Assembly (NCBI GenBank): GCA_045654365.1
Contig: JAZONF010000009.1
Span: 45,345 to 109,344 of the forward strand
Length of the DNA: 64,000 nt
Source of the DNA: Christensenellaceae bacterium
GTDB lineage: Bacteria; Bacillota; Clostridia; Christensenellales; Borkfalkiaceae
Reading direction: 5' to 3'
A model generated the notes under the pieces. The model was given only the letters and a program-made list of their open reading frames with translations, did no database searches and had not been told where the DNA came from. Shown piece by piece: positions 55,870 to 64,000 of this stretch. How positions within the stretch are numbered: position 1 is the first letter of the stretch; every line of letters begins with the position of its first letter. The translations under genes and the position numbers were made by a program.

Positions 55870-57159
55870 ATGATTAACTTAAAAGATTTTTTAGTTGGTG
55901 GCGAGGTTTTTTATACTAACGCTTTTCAAAAAGCAATAGATTATGCTTCTGAAACTAATCAAACGTTATTCGTTCCGTTTGGAGAATATCTTCTTGGCAC
56001 GGTGGAACTTAAAAGTAACGTTACAATTCAGTTTGAGGACGGAACTAAACTATTAGGTTCAAAAGATATAAACGACTTTGCAGAAGATAAAATTTTATCA
56101 GAACCTTGCTATCAAGACCTTTCACATAGTAGTTATTCTAAAACTATGTTTTATGCGTCTAACGTGAAAAACGTAACTCTTAAGGGTAGATTTGTGGTTG
56201 ATATGCAATCTGCTTGGGCACCCATGGAATCAACAAGGCGTGGGCATAGAGGAGCAAAAGTTATTTCTATTACATACGGTGAAAATTTGCGTTTTGAAGA
56301 TTTTCAGATATTAAATGCCACAGATATTGCAATTCTCTTAGGTGCTTGTAAGCAAATTTTTATTAGAGGACTATATATTAAAAGTCACATTGACGGAATT
56401 AGCCCAGACGGTTGCGAGGACGTTATTATTTCCGACTGTAATCTTTTCTGTGGGGACGACGCTTTAGTGTTTAAGACTTCGCTTTTCGACGGTGAAGTTC
56501 ACCACTTAAAAAGGGTTGCGGTTACTAATTGTATTATATCCTCAAGGTGCAACGCCATTAAGTTTGGAACGGAAAGTACGGGCGATATGAAGTACGTAAC
56601 TATTTCAAACTGCGTTATACACCACTCTCAATGTACAGGTATTTCTATAGAAAGTGTGGACGGGGCAAACCTTGAAGCGATAAATATTTCAGATATAGTT
56701 ATGGAAAACGTAACTTGTCCGTTGTTCATTGCGCTTGGTAAACGTATGCGTGCACCCGAGGGTACGCCCATTGGTAGCTTAAAAAATATTACCATTTCCA
56801 ACGTCTTTGCTGATAATAATGACGAAGTATATAAATCTATTGATTTTTATTACATTTACATTAAAGAGGGTAGTGAATACGAGAGAAACGGCTGTATTGC
56901 AAGCAGTATAGTAAATTTAACCGATAATCCTTTAGAAAACGTAACGTTAAATAACGTTCATCTTAAGGTGATGGGTGGAAAAACGCTTAAAGACGTTGAT
57001 TTTAAGGATAATCCAACGGGATATCCAACACATACAATGAACGGACTTGTGTTGCCTGCTTACGGTTTGTACGCTAAGGGGGTTAAAAATTTAAACCTAA
57101 ACAACGTTACTTTTGAAACTATTTTGCCCGACGAAAGAAAGGAATTAGTTATAGAATAA
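55870..57159 (+). CDS. glycoside hydrolase family 28-like (polygalacturonase-type beta-helix) protein, no signal peptide
   Basis: GH28-type motifs DGISPDGC, CGDDALVFKT, NAIKFGTES. Repetitive beta-helix pattern. Starts 7 nt after the potD stop. Confidence 0.7.
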   Translation: MINLKDFLVGGEVFYTNAFQKAIDYASETNQTLFVPFGEYLLGTVELKSNVTIQFEDGTKLLGSKDINDFAEDKILSEPCYQDLSHSSYSKTMFYASNVKNVTLKGRFVVDMQSAWAPMESTRRGHRGAKVISITYGENLRFEDFQILNATDIAILLGACKQIFIRGLYIKSHIDGISPDGCEDVIISDCNLFCGDDALVFKTSLFDGEVHHLKRVAVTNCIISSRCNAIKFGTESTGDMKYVTISNCVIHHSQCTGISIESVDGANLEAINISDIVMENVTCPLFIALGKRMRAPEGTPIGSLKNITISNVFADNNDEVYKSIDFYYIYIKEGSEYERNGCIASSIVNLTDNPLENVTLNNVHLKVMGGKTLKDVDFKDNPTGYPTHTMNGLVLPAYGLYAKGVKNLNLNNVTFETILPDERKELVIE

Positions 57160-57163
57160 AAAA

Positions 57164-57188
57164 ACTGCGTGCTGATTCAGCACGCAGT
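57164..57188 (+). terminator. GC-rich hairpin after the GH28 gene
   Basis: ACTGCGTGCTG pairs with CAGCACGCAGT, an 11-bp perfect stem with a 3-nt loop. The T tail is weak. Confidence 0.5.
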
Positions 57189-57206
57189 TATAAATTTAAA
57201 AGGATA

Positions 57207-57240
57207 AAAGCACCGCAAATTTACGGTGCTTTATATTTTT
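57207..57240. terminator. bidirectional terminator (serves rpmB on the minus strand)
   Basis: AAAGCACCG (57207-15) pairs with CGGTGCTTT (57224-32). Both flanks are T-rich. Confidence 0.65.
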
Positions 57241-57249
57241 AACTAAAAA

Positions 57250-57441
57250 TTACGCTCTTTCTACTTTACCGCTCTTAAGGCATCTCGTACAAACGTATTC
57301 TTTAGAAGTGCTACCATTTTCCTTTTTTACGGTAACCTTCTGAAGATTTGCTTCGTATAATTTGGGTGCCTTACGGTTAGAGTGGCTAACGGTGTTGCCG
57401 GAGAGTTTACCTTTTCCGCAAACGCTACATACTTTACTCAT
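57250..57441 (-). CDS. rpmB: 50S ribosomal protein L28
   Basis: MSKVCSVCGKGKLSGNTVSHSNRK... is canonical bL28. Confidence 0.93.
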   Translation of the reverse strand: MSKVCSVCGKGKLSGNTVSHSNRKAPKLYEANLQKVTVKKENGSTSKEYVCTRCLKSGKVERA

Positions 57442-57656
57442 ATCTTTATCCTCCGCTAATTTGGAATTTTTAATTTATTTTCACTCCAAATACTGTACCA
57501 CATAATTAAATAAAATGCAACAATTTTTAGTAGAAATCTTAAAAAAAACCTCTTAAAATATTTTTAGGAGTAAAAATTTAATTAATTTAAGTTAAAAGGT
57601 TGCAAAAAAGGAGAATATATTGTAAAATAGGTACAACGATAGAAGATGGGGTAGTT

Positions 57657-58007
57657 ATGTCTGTTAAAACAAACAACATTTACGGAAAGATAATAATATC
57701 CGATAAAACGGTTGAAAGATTCGTTTACCGTGTTGCACTTGACTGCTACGGTATAGTTGAATTTATTCCCGTTAATTTATGGGATTCTATAATAAGTTTT
57801 TTCAGATTCGGTTCGGAGGTAAAGGGCGTTAAAGTTCGTACTTCAGGGGACAGGATAGCTATAAACGTGTCCGTAATCGTAAAATACGGCGTTTCTATCA
57901 AAGCAGTTGTCGAGGCTTTAAAAGAATCAATAAAATACAAAGTTGAAAGATTTACCGGTATGATTGTTGACACCATTAACGTTAACGTTATGGGTGTTAA
58001 GAGATAA
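57657..58007 (+). CDS. Asp23/Gls24-family alkaline shock protein (YloU-like)
   Basis: GKIIISDKTVERFVYRVALDCYGIV... is typical Asp23. Conserved rpmB / yloU-yloV-recG synteny. ATG 57657 preferred over the ORF-track start at 57600. Confidence 0.8.
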   Translation: MSVKTNNIYGKIIISDKTVERFVYRVALDCYGIVEFIPVNLWDSIISFFRFGSEVKGVKVRTSGDRIAINVSVIVKYGVSIKAVVEALKESIKYKVERFTGMIVDTINVNVMGVKR

Positions 58008-58055
58008 TCTGGTATTTACATATAGAAATCTTCTTCATATAATTTGGAGTTAAAT

Positions 58056-59684
58056 ATGCAAAAAACTATTAACGGTGCAACGTTAAAATCAATGATAATA
58101 ACGGGGGCAAAACTTCTTGACGTAAACAAAGTCAACGTTGACGCTCTTAACGTTTTCCCCGTACCAGACGGAGATACGGGTACTAACATGTCTTTAACCA
58201 TACAATCGGCGGTTAAAGAAGTGGTTAATTGTAACAGTAATAAGATTGCGGACATTGCTGAGGCTGTTATCAAAGGTGCTCTCCGTGGCGCAAGAGGCAA
58301 CTCTGGAGTTATTACCTCCCAAATTATTAGAGGTATGTTCTCCGTACTTAAGAAAACGGAAGAGGTGGACGTTAAAACCTTTGCTCAAGCAATTATGACG
58401 GGTGCTGAGGTTGCTTACGGCGCAGTTACCGCTCCTAAGGAAGGTACTATGCTTACCGTTATCAGAATGATGGCGGAGCACGCTTCTTCTTGCTACCGTA
58501 AACAAAAGGATTTTGAAAGTTTCTTTACGGAAATTATAAATGCAGGAAACAAGGCTGTTGACCTTACTCCCAGTTTATTACCCGTTCTTAAGAAAGCCGG
58601 AGTGGTAGACGCAGGTGGTAAAGGACTTATGTTTATCTTTGAGGGTATGAATAAGGCTCTCTTGGGTGAGGTTGTTTCTGCTGAAAGCGTTGTTGGAAGT
58701 GTTTCTACGGGTGATACACTTATGGAACACGCCGACATAATGAGTTTAGGCGATATAGAGTTTGCTTATTGTACTGAGTTTTTCATTATTAACCTAAAGA
58801 AAAAGACTACGATGGCAGACATTGAAAGATTAAAACAATCTTTAATGGCTATTGGTGATTCGGTTATCGTTATTGGTGACCTTGAGTTTGTAAAAGTTCA
58901 CGTTCACACTAATAAACCGGGCGTTGCGCTTACTAAAGCCTTAGAACTTGGCGAACTTGATAAACTTAAAATTGAAAATATGTTAGAGCAAAATCGTGCT
59001 TTAATGAAGAAGTACGAAGAAGAGAAAAAGGAAATGGGCATGCTTGCTATTTCTGCTGGTGAGGGAATTTCTAACATATTTAAAGATATTATGGTAGATG
59101 CGGTTATTGAGGGCGGTCAATCAATGAACCCCTCGGCATCAGATATTGCAGACGCCGTTGCAAGAATAAACGCTGAAAACGTGTTCGTTTTCCCAAACAA
59201 TAAAAACATTATTCTCGCTGCAGAACAAGCAAAATCATTAGTCGAAAACAAACTTTTACACGTTATACCTACTAAGAATATTCCTCAAGGTTTTGCTGCT
59301 GCAATTGCATTTAACCCCGAACTTTCGGTAGACGAAAATAAGGCTAATATGATACACGCACTTGACACCGTTACCGTTGGTCAAGTTACCTATGCGGTTA
59401 GAAACACTTCGGTTAGTGGTTTCGATATTAAAGTTGGGGACGTTATTGGTCTTGATAATAAAAAGATTATTGCTTCTGGTAACGACGTTGGGTTGGTTAC
59501 GATTGACCTTATTGAAAAACTCAGAAGTGATGAAGAGATTATCACTATTTATTACGGGCAAGACGTTAAGGAAAAGGATGCTAACGTAGTAAAACAGATT
59601 ATTGCTGACAGGTATCCAGATTGTGACGTTGAACTTCACTACGGCGGTCAACCGATTTACTACTACTATATTGCATTAGAATAA
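58056..59684 (+). CDS. yloV: DAK2-domain fusion protein YloV
   Basis: N-terminal Dak2 domain (FPVPDGDTGTNM, GARGNSGVI) and C-terminal DegV-like/YloV domain. ATG 58056 follows GGAG. Confidence 0.88.
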   Translation: MQKTINGATLKSMIITGAKLLDVNKVNVDALNVFPVPDGDTGTNMSLTIQSAVKEVVNCNSNKIADIAEAVIKGALRGARGNSGVITSQIIRGMFSVLKKTEEVDVKTFAQAIMTGAEVAYGAVTAPKEGTMLTVIRMMAEHASSCYRKQKDFESFFTEIINAGNKAVDLTPSLLPVLKKAGVVDAGGKGLMFIFEGMNKALLGEVVSAESVVGSVSTGDTLMEHADIMSLGDIEFAYCTEFFIINLKKKTTMADIERLKQSLMAIGDSVIVIGDLEFVKVHVHTNKPGVALTKALELGELDKLKIENMLEQNRALMKKYEEEKKEMGMLAISAGEGISNIFKDIMVDAVIEGGQSMNPSASDIADAVARINAENVFVFPNNKNIILAAEQAKSLVENKLLHVIPTKNIPQGFAAAIAFNPELSVDENKANMIHALDTVTVGQVTYAVRNTSVSGFDIKVGDVIGLDNKKIIASGNDVGLVTIDLIEKLRSDEEIITIYYGQDVKEKDANVVKQIIADRYPDCDVELHYGGQPIYYYYIALE

Positions 59685-59689
59685 GCTTT

Positions 59690-59716
59690 AAGGGAAGAGA
59701 AATCTTCCCTTTTTTA
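59690..59716 (+). terminator. rho-independent terminator
   Basis: AAGGGAAGA pairs with TCTTCCCTT, followed by a T run. Confidence 0.7.
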
Positions 59717-59722
59717 CAAGAT

Positions 59723-61735
59723 ATGGAACTTTCAAAAATTCGTGGAATAAGTGAAAAAAGAGAAGAAGATTTACTCAAACTTGGCATAAAAGATACTTTT
59801 GATATGTCGAGGTTTTTTCCACGCTCTTATCTTGATTTAAGGAGTGTTCAGCCACTTAAATACGCTTACCATAACGACGTTGTGTTGACGGTTGGTAAGG
59901 TCGTTTCAGAGCCCATAAAAAGGTATTTTCGCCGTATTGATACGGTAAAGATTTCCTGTGAACAAGAGGGGCTCTTTTTTACTATAACGTGGTTTAACCA
60001 AAGTTACGTTGCAAGCAAACTAAAGGTGGGCGAGGAATACCTTTTCTATGGAAGAGTAAGAGTGGAAAACGGCAGTATTTCATTGACAAATCCTTCGTTT
60101 GAACTTTTGGATAAGGCTTATAGATTAAAGGGTATCGTTCCTCAATATAAAATTAAGGGAAATCTTAATCAAAAAGTAGTTAGAGATGCTTGTAGATTAT
60201 CCGTTGATATTGAAAAGCCGAAGAGTATAATACCTTACCCATTGATTAATAAATACGGTCTTTCAGACTTATATTTTGCCTACAGAGAAATTCATAACCC
60301 AACGTCGTTTGAAGGGGTGAAAAAAGCATCGGAAAGAATTGCTATTGAAGAATATTTTGCCCTTATTTCTGCCTTTAAGTATATTAAGGGTGGAAGGGAA
60401 CAAGTTAGAGTTAATAAATATAATGTTAGTTCAACTCAACTCGTGGAGTTTATATCAAAGCGTTTTGAGTTTGAGTTTACTGACGGGCAAAAAAGTGCAG
60501 TGAACGAAATTTTTGCCGACCTTACGGGGTGTAAGGTTATGAATAGGCTTATTCAAGGTGACGTTGGAAGTGGAAAAACGGCAGTTTCTTCTTGCGCAGT
60601 TTTCATGGCGGTAAAAAGCGGATATCAAGTTGCAATGCTTGCACCTACCGAAGTGTTGGCAAGGCAAAACTATAAAGTTCTTCAAAAAACCTTTCCTGAA
60701 TATAACGTAGCACTTTTAACGGGTTCATTATCCTCAAAAGAGAAAAAAGAGTTGAAAGAGGGCGTTAAAAATGGGGGGATTAATATTCTTTGTGGTACGC
60801 ACGCTATATTAGAAAAGGACGTTGAGTTTAAGAATTTATCGCTCTGCATTTGTGATGAACAACAACGTTTTGGCGTTGCTCAAAGGAGTAGTTTGTCAGA
60901 AAAAGGTGTTACGGCGGACGTTTTAGTAATGAGTGCAACGCCTATTCCAAGAACTTTGTCACTAATTTTTTACGGTGACCTTGACATTACTACTATTTCC
61001 GACAAGCCGAAAAATAGAATACCTATTCAAACGGGTATAGTTCCTACAGAAAAGTATAACGATATGCTTAACTTTATAAATAACGAAGTTAAAAAGGGTA
61101 GGCAAGTTTACTTTGTCGCTCCAAAAATCGAGGGGGACGAAGAGGGGGAAATTATATCCGTTACCGAACTTTTTGAAGAACTTAAAAGTAAACTTCCGAC
61201 CCTTAGAATAGGACTTTTACACGGTAAAATGAAGGAGAAGGAAAAACAAGCCGTTATGACCGCTTTTAAGGAGCGCGAAACGGATATTTTAGTTTCCACT
61301 ACCGTTATCGAGGTGGGGGTTGACGTTCCAAATGCATCGGTTATAGTTATATACAACGCAGAGCGTTTTGGGCTTTCACAACTTCATCAGTTGAGGGGGA
61401 GGGTTGGGCGTTCCGATATAAAAAGTTATTGCTTTTTACTCTCTTCGAAAAAGGAGGGTGAATCGATTGAAAGGCTTAAAATAGTTAGAGATAACGTAGA
61501 TGGTTTTAAGATTTCCGAATATGATTTTAAATTAAGAGGATCAGGGGATTTTATGGGCGAAAAGCAGAGTGGAAAGTTTATGACTGAACTCGGCAATTTG
61601 AACTATGGTACGGAGGCTATTTTTACCGCAAAAAAAATAAGTGACGAGGCGTTTGTTTCAGGTTTGATTAGCGACAATATTAAAAGCGTTGCTTTAGAAA
61701 AGTATGCAAAATTAAAAGACGTAATATTAAATTAA
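59723..61735 (+). CDS. recG: ATP-dependent DNA helicase RecG
   Basis: Wedge domain, helicase motifs GDVGSGKT, CDEQQRFGV (DEQH-type), SATPIPRT, QLRGRVGR. Confidence 0.93.
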   Translation: MELSKIRGISEKREEDLLKLGIKDTFDMSRFFPRSYLDLRSVQPLKYAYHNDVVLTVGKVVSEPIKRYFRRIDTVKISCEQEGLFFTITWFNQSYVASKLKVGEEYLFYGRVRVENGSISLTNPSFELLDKAYRLKGIVPQYKIKGNLNQKVVRDACRLSVDIEKPKSIIPYPLINKYGLSDLYFAYREIHNPTSFEGVKKASERIAIEEYFALISAFKYIKGGREQVRVNKYNVSSTQLVEFISKRFEFEFTDGQKSAVNEIFADLTGCKVMNRLIQGDVGSGKTAVSSCAVFMAVKSGYQVAMLAPTEVLARQNYKVLQKTFPEYNVALLTGSLSSKEKKELKEGVKNGGINILCGTHAILEKDVEFKNLSLCICDEQQRFGVAQRSSLSEKGVTADVLVMSATPIPRTLSLIFYGDLDITTISDKPKNRIPIQTGIVPTEKYNDMLNFINNEVKKGRQVYFVAPKIEGDEEGEIISVTELFEELKSKLPTLRIGLLHGKMKEKEKQAVMTAFKERETDILVSTTVIEVGVDVPNASVIVIYNAERFGLSQLHQLRGRVGRSDIKSYCFLLSSKKEGESIERLKIVRDNVDGFKISEYDFKLRGSGDFMGEKQSGKFMTELGNLNYGTEAIFTAKKISDEAFVSGLISDNIKSVALEKYAKLKDVILN

Positions 61736-61762
61736 AAAAAGCCTTGTGTTCAGGGCTTTTTT
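61734..61762 (+). terminator. rho-independent terminator
   Basis: GCCTTG (61741-46) pairs with CAGGGC (61751-56), flanked by A7 and T6. Confidence 0.6.
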
Positions 61763-61844
61763 GCTATTTATGTATAAAAAAACATTTTACTAATTTTATC
61801 AGGTATGATAAAATAAAAAGTAGATTAAATTTGAGGAATAGAAA

Positions 61845-64000
61845 ATGATTGAGTTAAGAAGTGTAAAGAAAATTTACACCACTAAAATTGGAGAAACGGC
61901 TGCGCTTGACGGTGTTAGTCTAACTTTCCCAAATAAAGGGCTTATTTTTATAACGGGTAAAAGCGGAAGTGGTAAAACTACAATGCTTAACGTTATTGGT
62001 GGTCTTGACGGGTTTGACGACGGTGAAATTATTATTGACGGCAGAAGTTTTAAGGATTTATCTGCAAAAGATTACGATTCCTATCGAAACACCTTTATCG
62101 GAGTCGTTTTTCAAGAGTATAATCTACTTCCTGAATACACTGTTGAAAAAAATATTAAAATCGCAACTGAACTTCAAGGGATAGATGCTACTGAAGAGGA
62201 GATTGACGTACTTCTTGAGCAAGTGGAAATTTTAGAATACAAAAAAAGACTTCCAAGTCAACTCTCCGGTGGACAAATGCAAAGGGTGGCTATTGCCCGT
62301 GCTTTAATTAAAGACCCGCACATTATACTTGCAGACGAACCGACCGGCGCACTTGATTCTAATACCGGCATACAGGTTATTGAAACGTTAAAAAAACTTT
62401 CAGAGGAAAAACTTGTTATTATAGTTTCGCACGACCTTGAACTTGCCGAAAAATATGCAGATAGGATTATCTCGCTTAAAGACGGAAAGGTTATTTCAGA
62501 CCAAACCGTATCGGACGTTGTGGTTGAGGGCGGAATTTACGAGGGGGAAAATTTCTGCGTTAAGTCGGGGGCAAAACTTACTGAAGAAGAAGGTAAAAAA
62601 CTTATTAAGGCAGTTGAAGACGGTAGGAAGATAGAAATTACCAAAAACCTTAAGATTAGGGAAAAAAGGGCAACGACGGAGGTTAAGGAGTCTATTAAAA
62701 AAACCAAAGAGAGAGAACTTGTTTCAAGTAAAATGAAATTTAAGTCGAGCGCATGGCTTGGTCTTAAATCATTAAGTGTAAAACCAGTAAGACTTATTAT
62801 AACTATTCTACTTGCGGTTATCGCTTTCGGGCTATTTGGGATTATCGACTCTGTTGCAACGTACGATAGACAAAAAATAATTTACTATAATCTTAAACAG
62901 TCTGGTTTTAACGCAATAGTTTCTTCTGCAAAATACGTTACGCCTTACGGTGACACGATGAATATGAAGTTTACCGATGAGGCTATTGAGCAAATAAATG
63001 CTGATACCGGGTATAAATTTAAGGGTGTTCACTATTTGGACGATAGAGGGGACACTACGGCTAGGGTTGCGGGAAAACACACCATTACAGAACTTGCTGG
63101 ATATTCTACTGCCGTAAGACAAGCTTATTATCACAAGTTTTTTAACGGACAAATTGAGTTTGATAGTAGTAAAATCTACAAAGAGACTGATGCGGACGGC
63201 AACGTAACCGAATATATTACGGAAAACGATTTTAACTATAAGATATTATACGGTACTTTCCCAAATAATAAAGATGCTTACGGCAATATAGATGAGTCAA
63301 AAGTAAACCAAGTAGGTATTTCCAGTTATCTTGCCGAGTGTATTTTGCAATATTGTGGACAGAGAGAATTTGGTAAATCAAGAGTTTTTACTATTTCTGA
63401 CCTAGTAGGTAAGTCGTTTACGTTGGATAATGGTAGAGTTTACACGATAAATTGTATTATCGATTGTGGTGAAATACCTGCTAAATATAATATTTTGAAA
63501 AACGACGAAAATGGTAAATATCAAAATGAATTCTTGGCTTTCTTGTATTCGGGAACTTACTTTAATATATTTACAGATACAGGGCATTTTGACTATCACT
63601 TAAAAAAATTTAATACCATTAAAACATACCGTATGCCTTCGGGAACGGGGACAATTAAAATTAACGAGATATCAACTACTAAACAAACCAAAAACGAGTG
63701 GTATAATATTTCCGATATACCTAATGGGAATTATTTAACCTTTGCAGAATCTTCTACTAAAATTGAAAACGGAGTGGAAGTTAAGGGTAACGTAGAAATA
63801 GGTAAAAGGCAAGTTTTGATTGACGCAAAGTATCTTGCGAGCCTATTTTCTATAGAATATGATAAGTTATGGGGTCTTGAAATTAGAGAAGAACTAAATA
63901 ATTACATTAACGTTATTCTTGATAAGGAAGTTAAAGTTGACAATAATATTATTAAAAAACCGCCTTATACTTTTGCCGAAAAAAGAAGTGCGTTAACTAC
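61845..64000 (+). CDS. second fused ABC ATPase / FtsX-type permease (paralog of 30242..33217), 5' 718 codons; continues past the window end
   Basis: Manual translation from ATG 61845: MIELRSVKKIYTTKIGETAALDGVSLTFPNKGLIFITGKSGSGKTTML..., LSGGQMQRVAIARAL, ILADEPTGALD, then TM1 (VRLIITILLAVIAFGLFGII). The frame stays open to base 64000. Missing from the ORF track because it is unterminated. Confidence 0.85.
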   Translation, partial: MIELRSVKKIYTTKIGETAALDGVSLTFPNKGLIFITGKSGSGKTTMLNVIGGLDGFDDGEIIIDGRSFKDLSAKDYDSYRNTFIGVVFQEYNLLPEYTVEKNIKIATELQGIDATEEEIDVLLEQVEILEYKKRLPSQLSGGQMQRVAIARALIKDPHIILADEPTGALDSNTGIQVIETLKKLSEEKLVIIVSHDLELAEKYADRIISLKDGKVISDQTVSDVVVEGGIYEGENFCVKSGAKLTEEEGKKLIKAVEDGRKIEITKNLKIREKRATTEVKESIKKTKERELVSSKMKFKSSAWLGLKSLSVKPVRLIITILLAVIAFGLFGIIDSVATYDRQKIIYYNLKQSGFNAIVSSAKYVTPYGDTMNMKFTDEAIEQINADTGYKFKGVHYLDDRGDTTARVAGKHTITELAGYSTAVRQAYYHKFFNGQIEFDSSKIYKETDADGNVTEYITENDFNYKILYGTFPNNKDAYGNIDESKVNQVGISSYLAECILQYCGQREFGKSRVFTISDLVGKSFTLDNGRVYTINCIIDCGEIPAKYNILKNDENGKYQNEFLAFLYSGTYFNIFTDTGHFDYHLKKFNTIKTYRMPSGTGTIKINEISTTKQTKNEWYNISDIPNGNYLTFAESSTKIENGVEVKGNVEIGKRQVLIDAKYLASLFSIEYDKLWGLEIREELNNYINVILDKEVKVDNNIIKKPPYTFAEKRSALT

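Noticed and set aside
61969-62634. ORF-track entries 61969-62184 and 62437-62634 (71 and 65 aa).
   Set aside because: They are out of frame inside the unterminated ABC/FtsX paralog that starts at 61845. Their sequences are low-complexity.
1-64000. A scan for CRISPR arrays, IS/transposase or integrase genes, prophage or defence-island content, tRNA/rRNA genes and long direct repeats.
   Set aside because: Nothing of this type was seen. All large ORFs are accounted for by housekeeping, transport or energy-metabolism functions. Intergenic regions are short and are explained by promoters and terminators.

Overview
A 64 kb chromosomal segment from a low-GC, anaerobic Firmicutes/Bacillota-type bacterium. 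It uses the standard genetic code (TGA is used as a stop), has AGGAGG-type RBSs and frequent TTG/GTG starts. Most of the window is core housekeeping with strong Bacillus-like synteny: rnc-smc-ftsY-ylxM-ffh-rpsP-khpA-rimM-trmD-rbgA-rnhB-yraN-rplS, then comM-dprA-topA-trmFO-hslVU-hisS, and rpmB / asp23-yloV-recG. The minus strand carries a complete rnfCDGEAB operon. A NusG-domain-II/Gx-transporter pair lies upstream of it and a separately transcribed [FeFe]-hydrogenase-like gene lies downstream. Other content: an XRE-cupin-regulated potABCD-like polyamine ABC operon with atypical PotA and PotD and a trailing GH28 gene; galE; nadE; glyA; and two paralogous roughly 1000-aa fused ABC-ATPase/FtsX (MacB-like) proteins. 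I saw no rRNA, tRNA, CRISPR, IS or prophage content. The most unusual locus is 47.06-49.66 kb. It holds a complete T-box riboswitch whose specifier position reads GUA (Val). This T-box controls a single gene encoding an XRE-HTH + cupin domain fused to a medium-chain acyl-CoA-synthetase-type adenylating enzyme, which is not a usual T-box cargo. All function calls come from reading the translated ORFs and recognising motifs. No database search was run.
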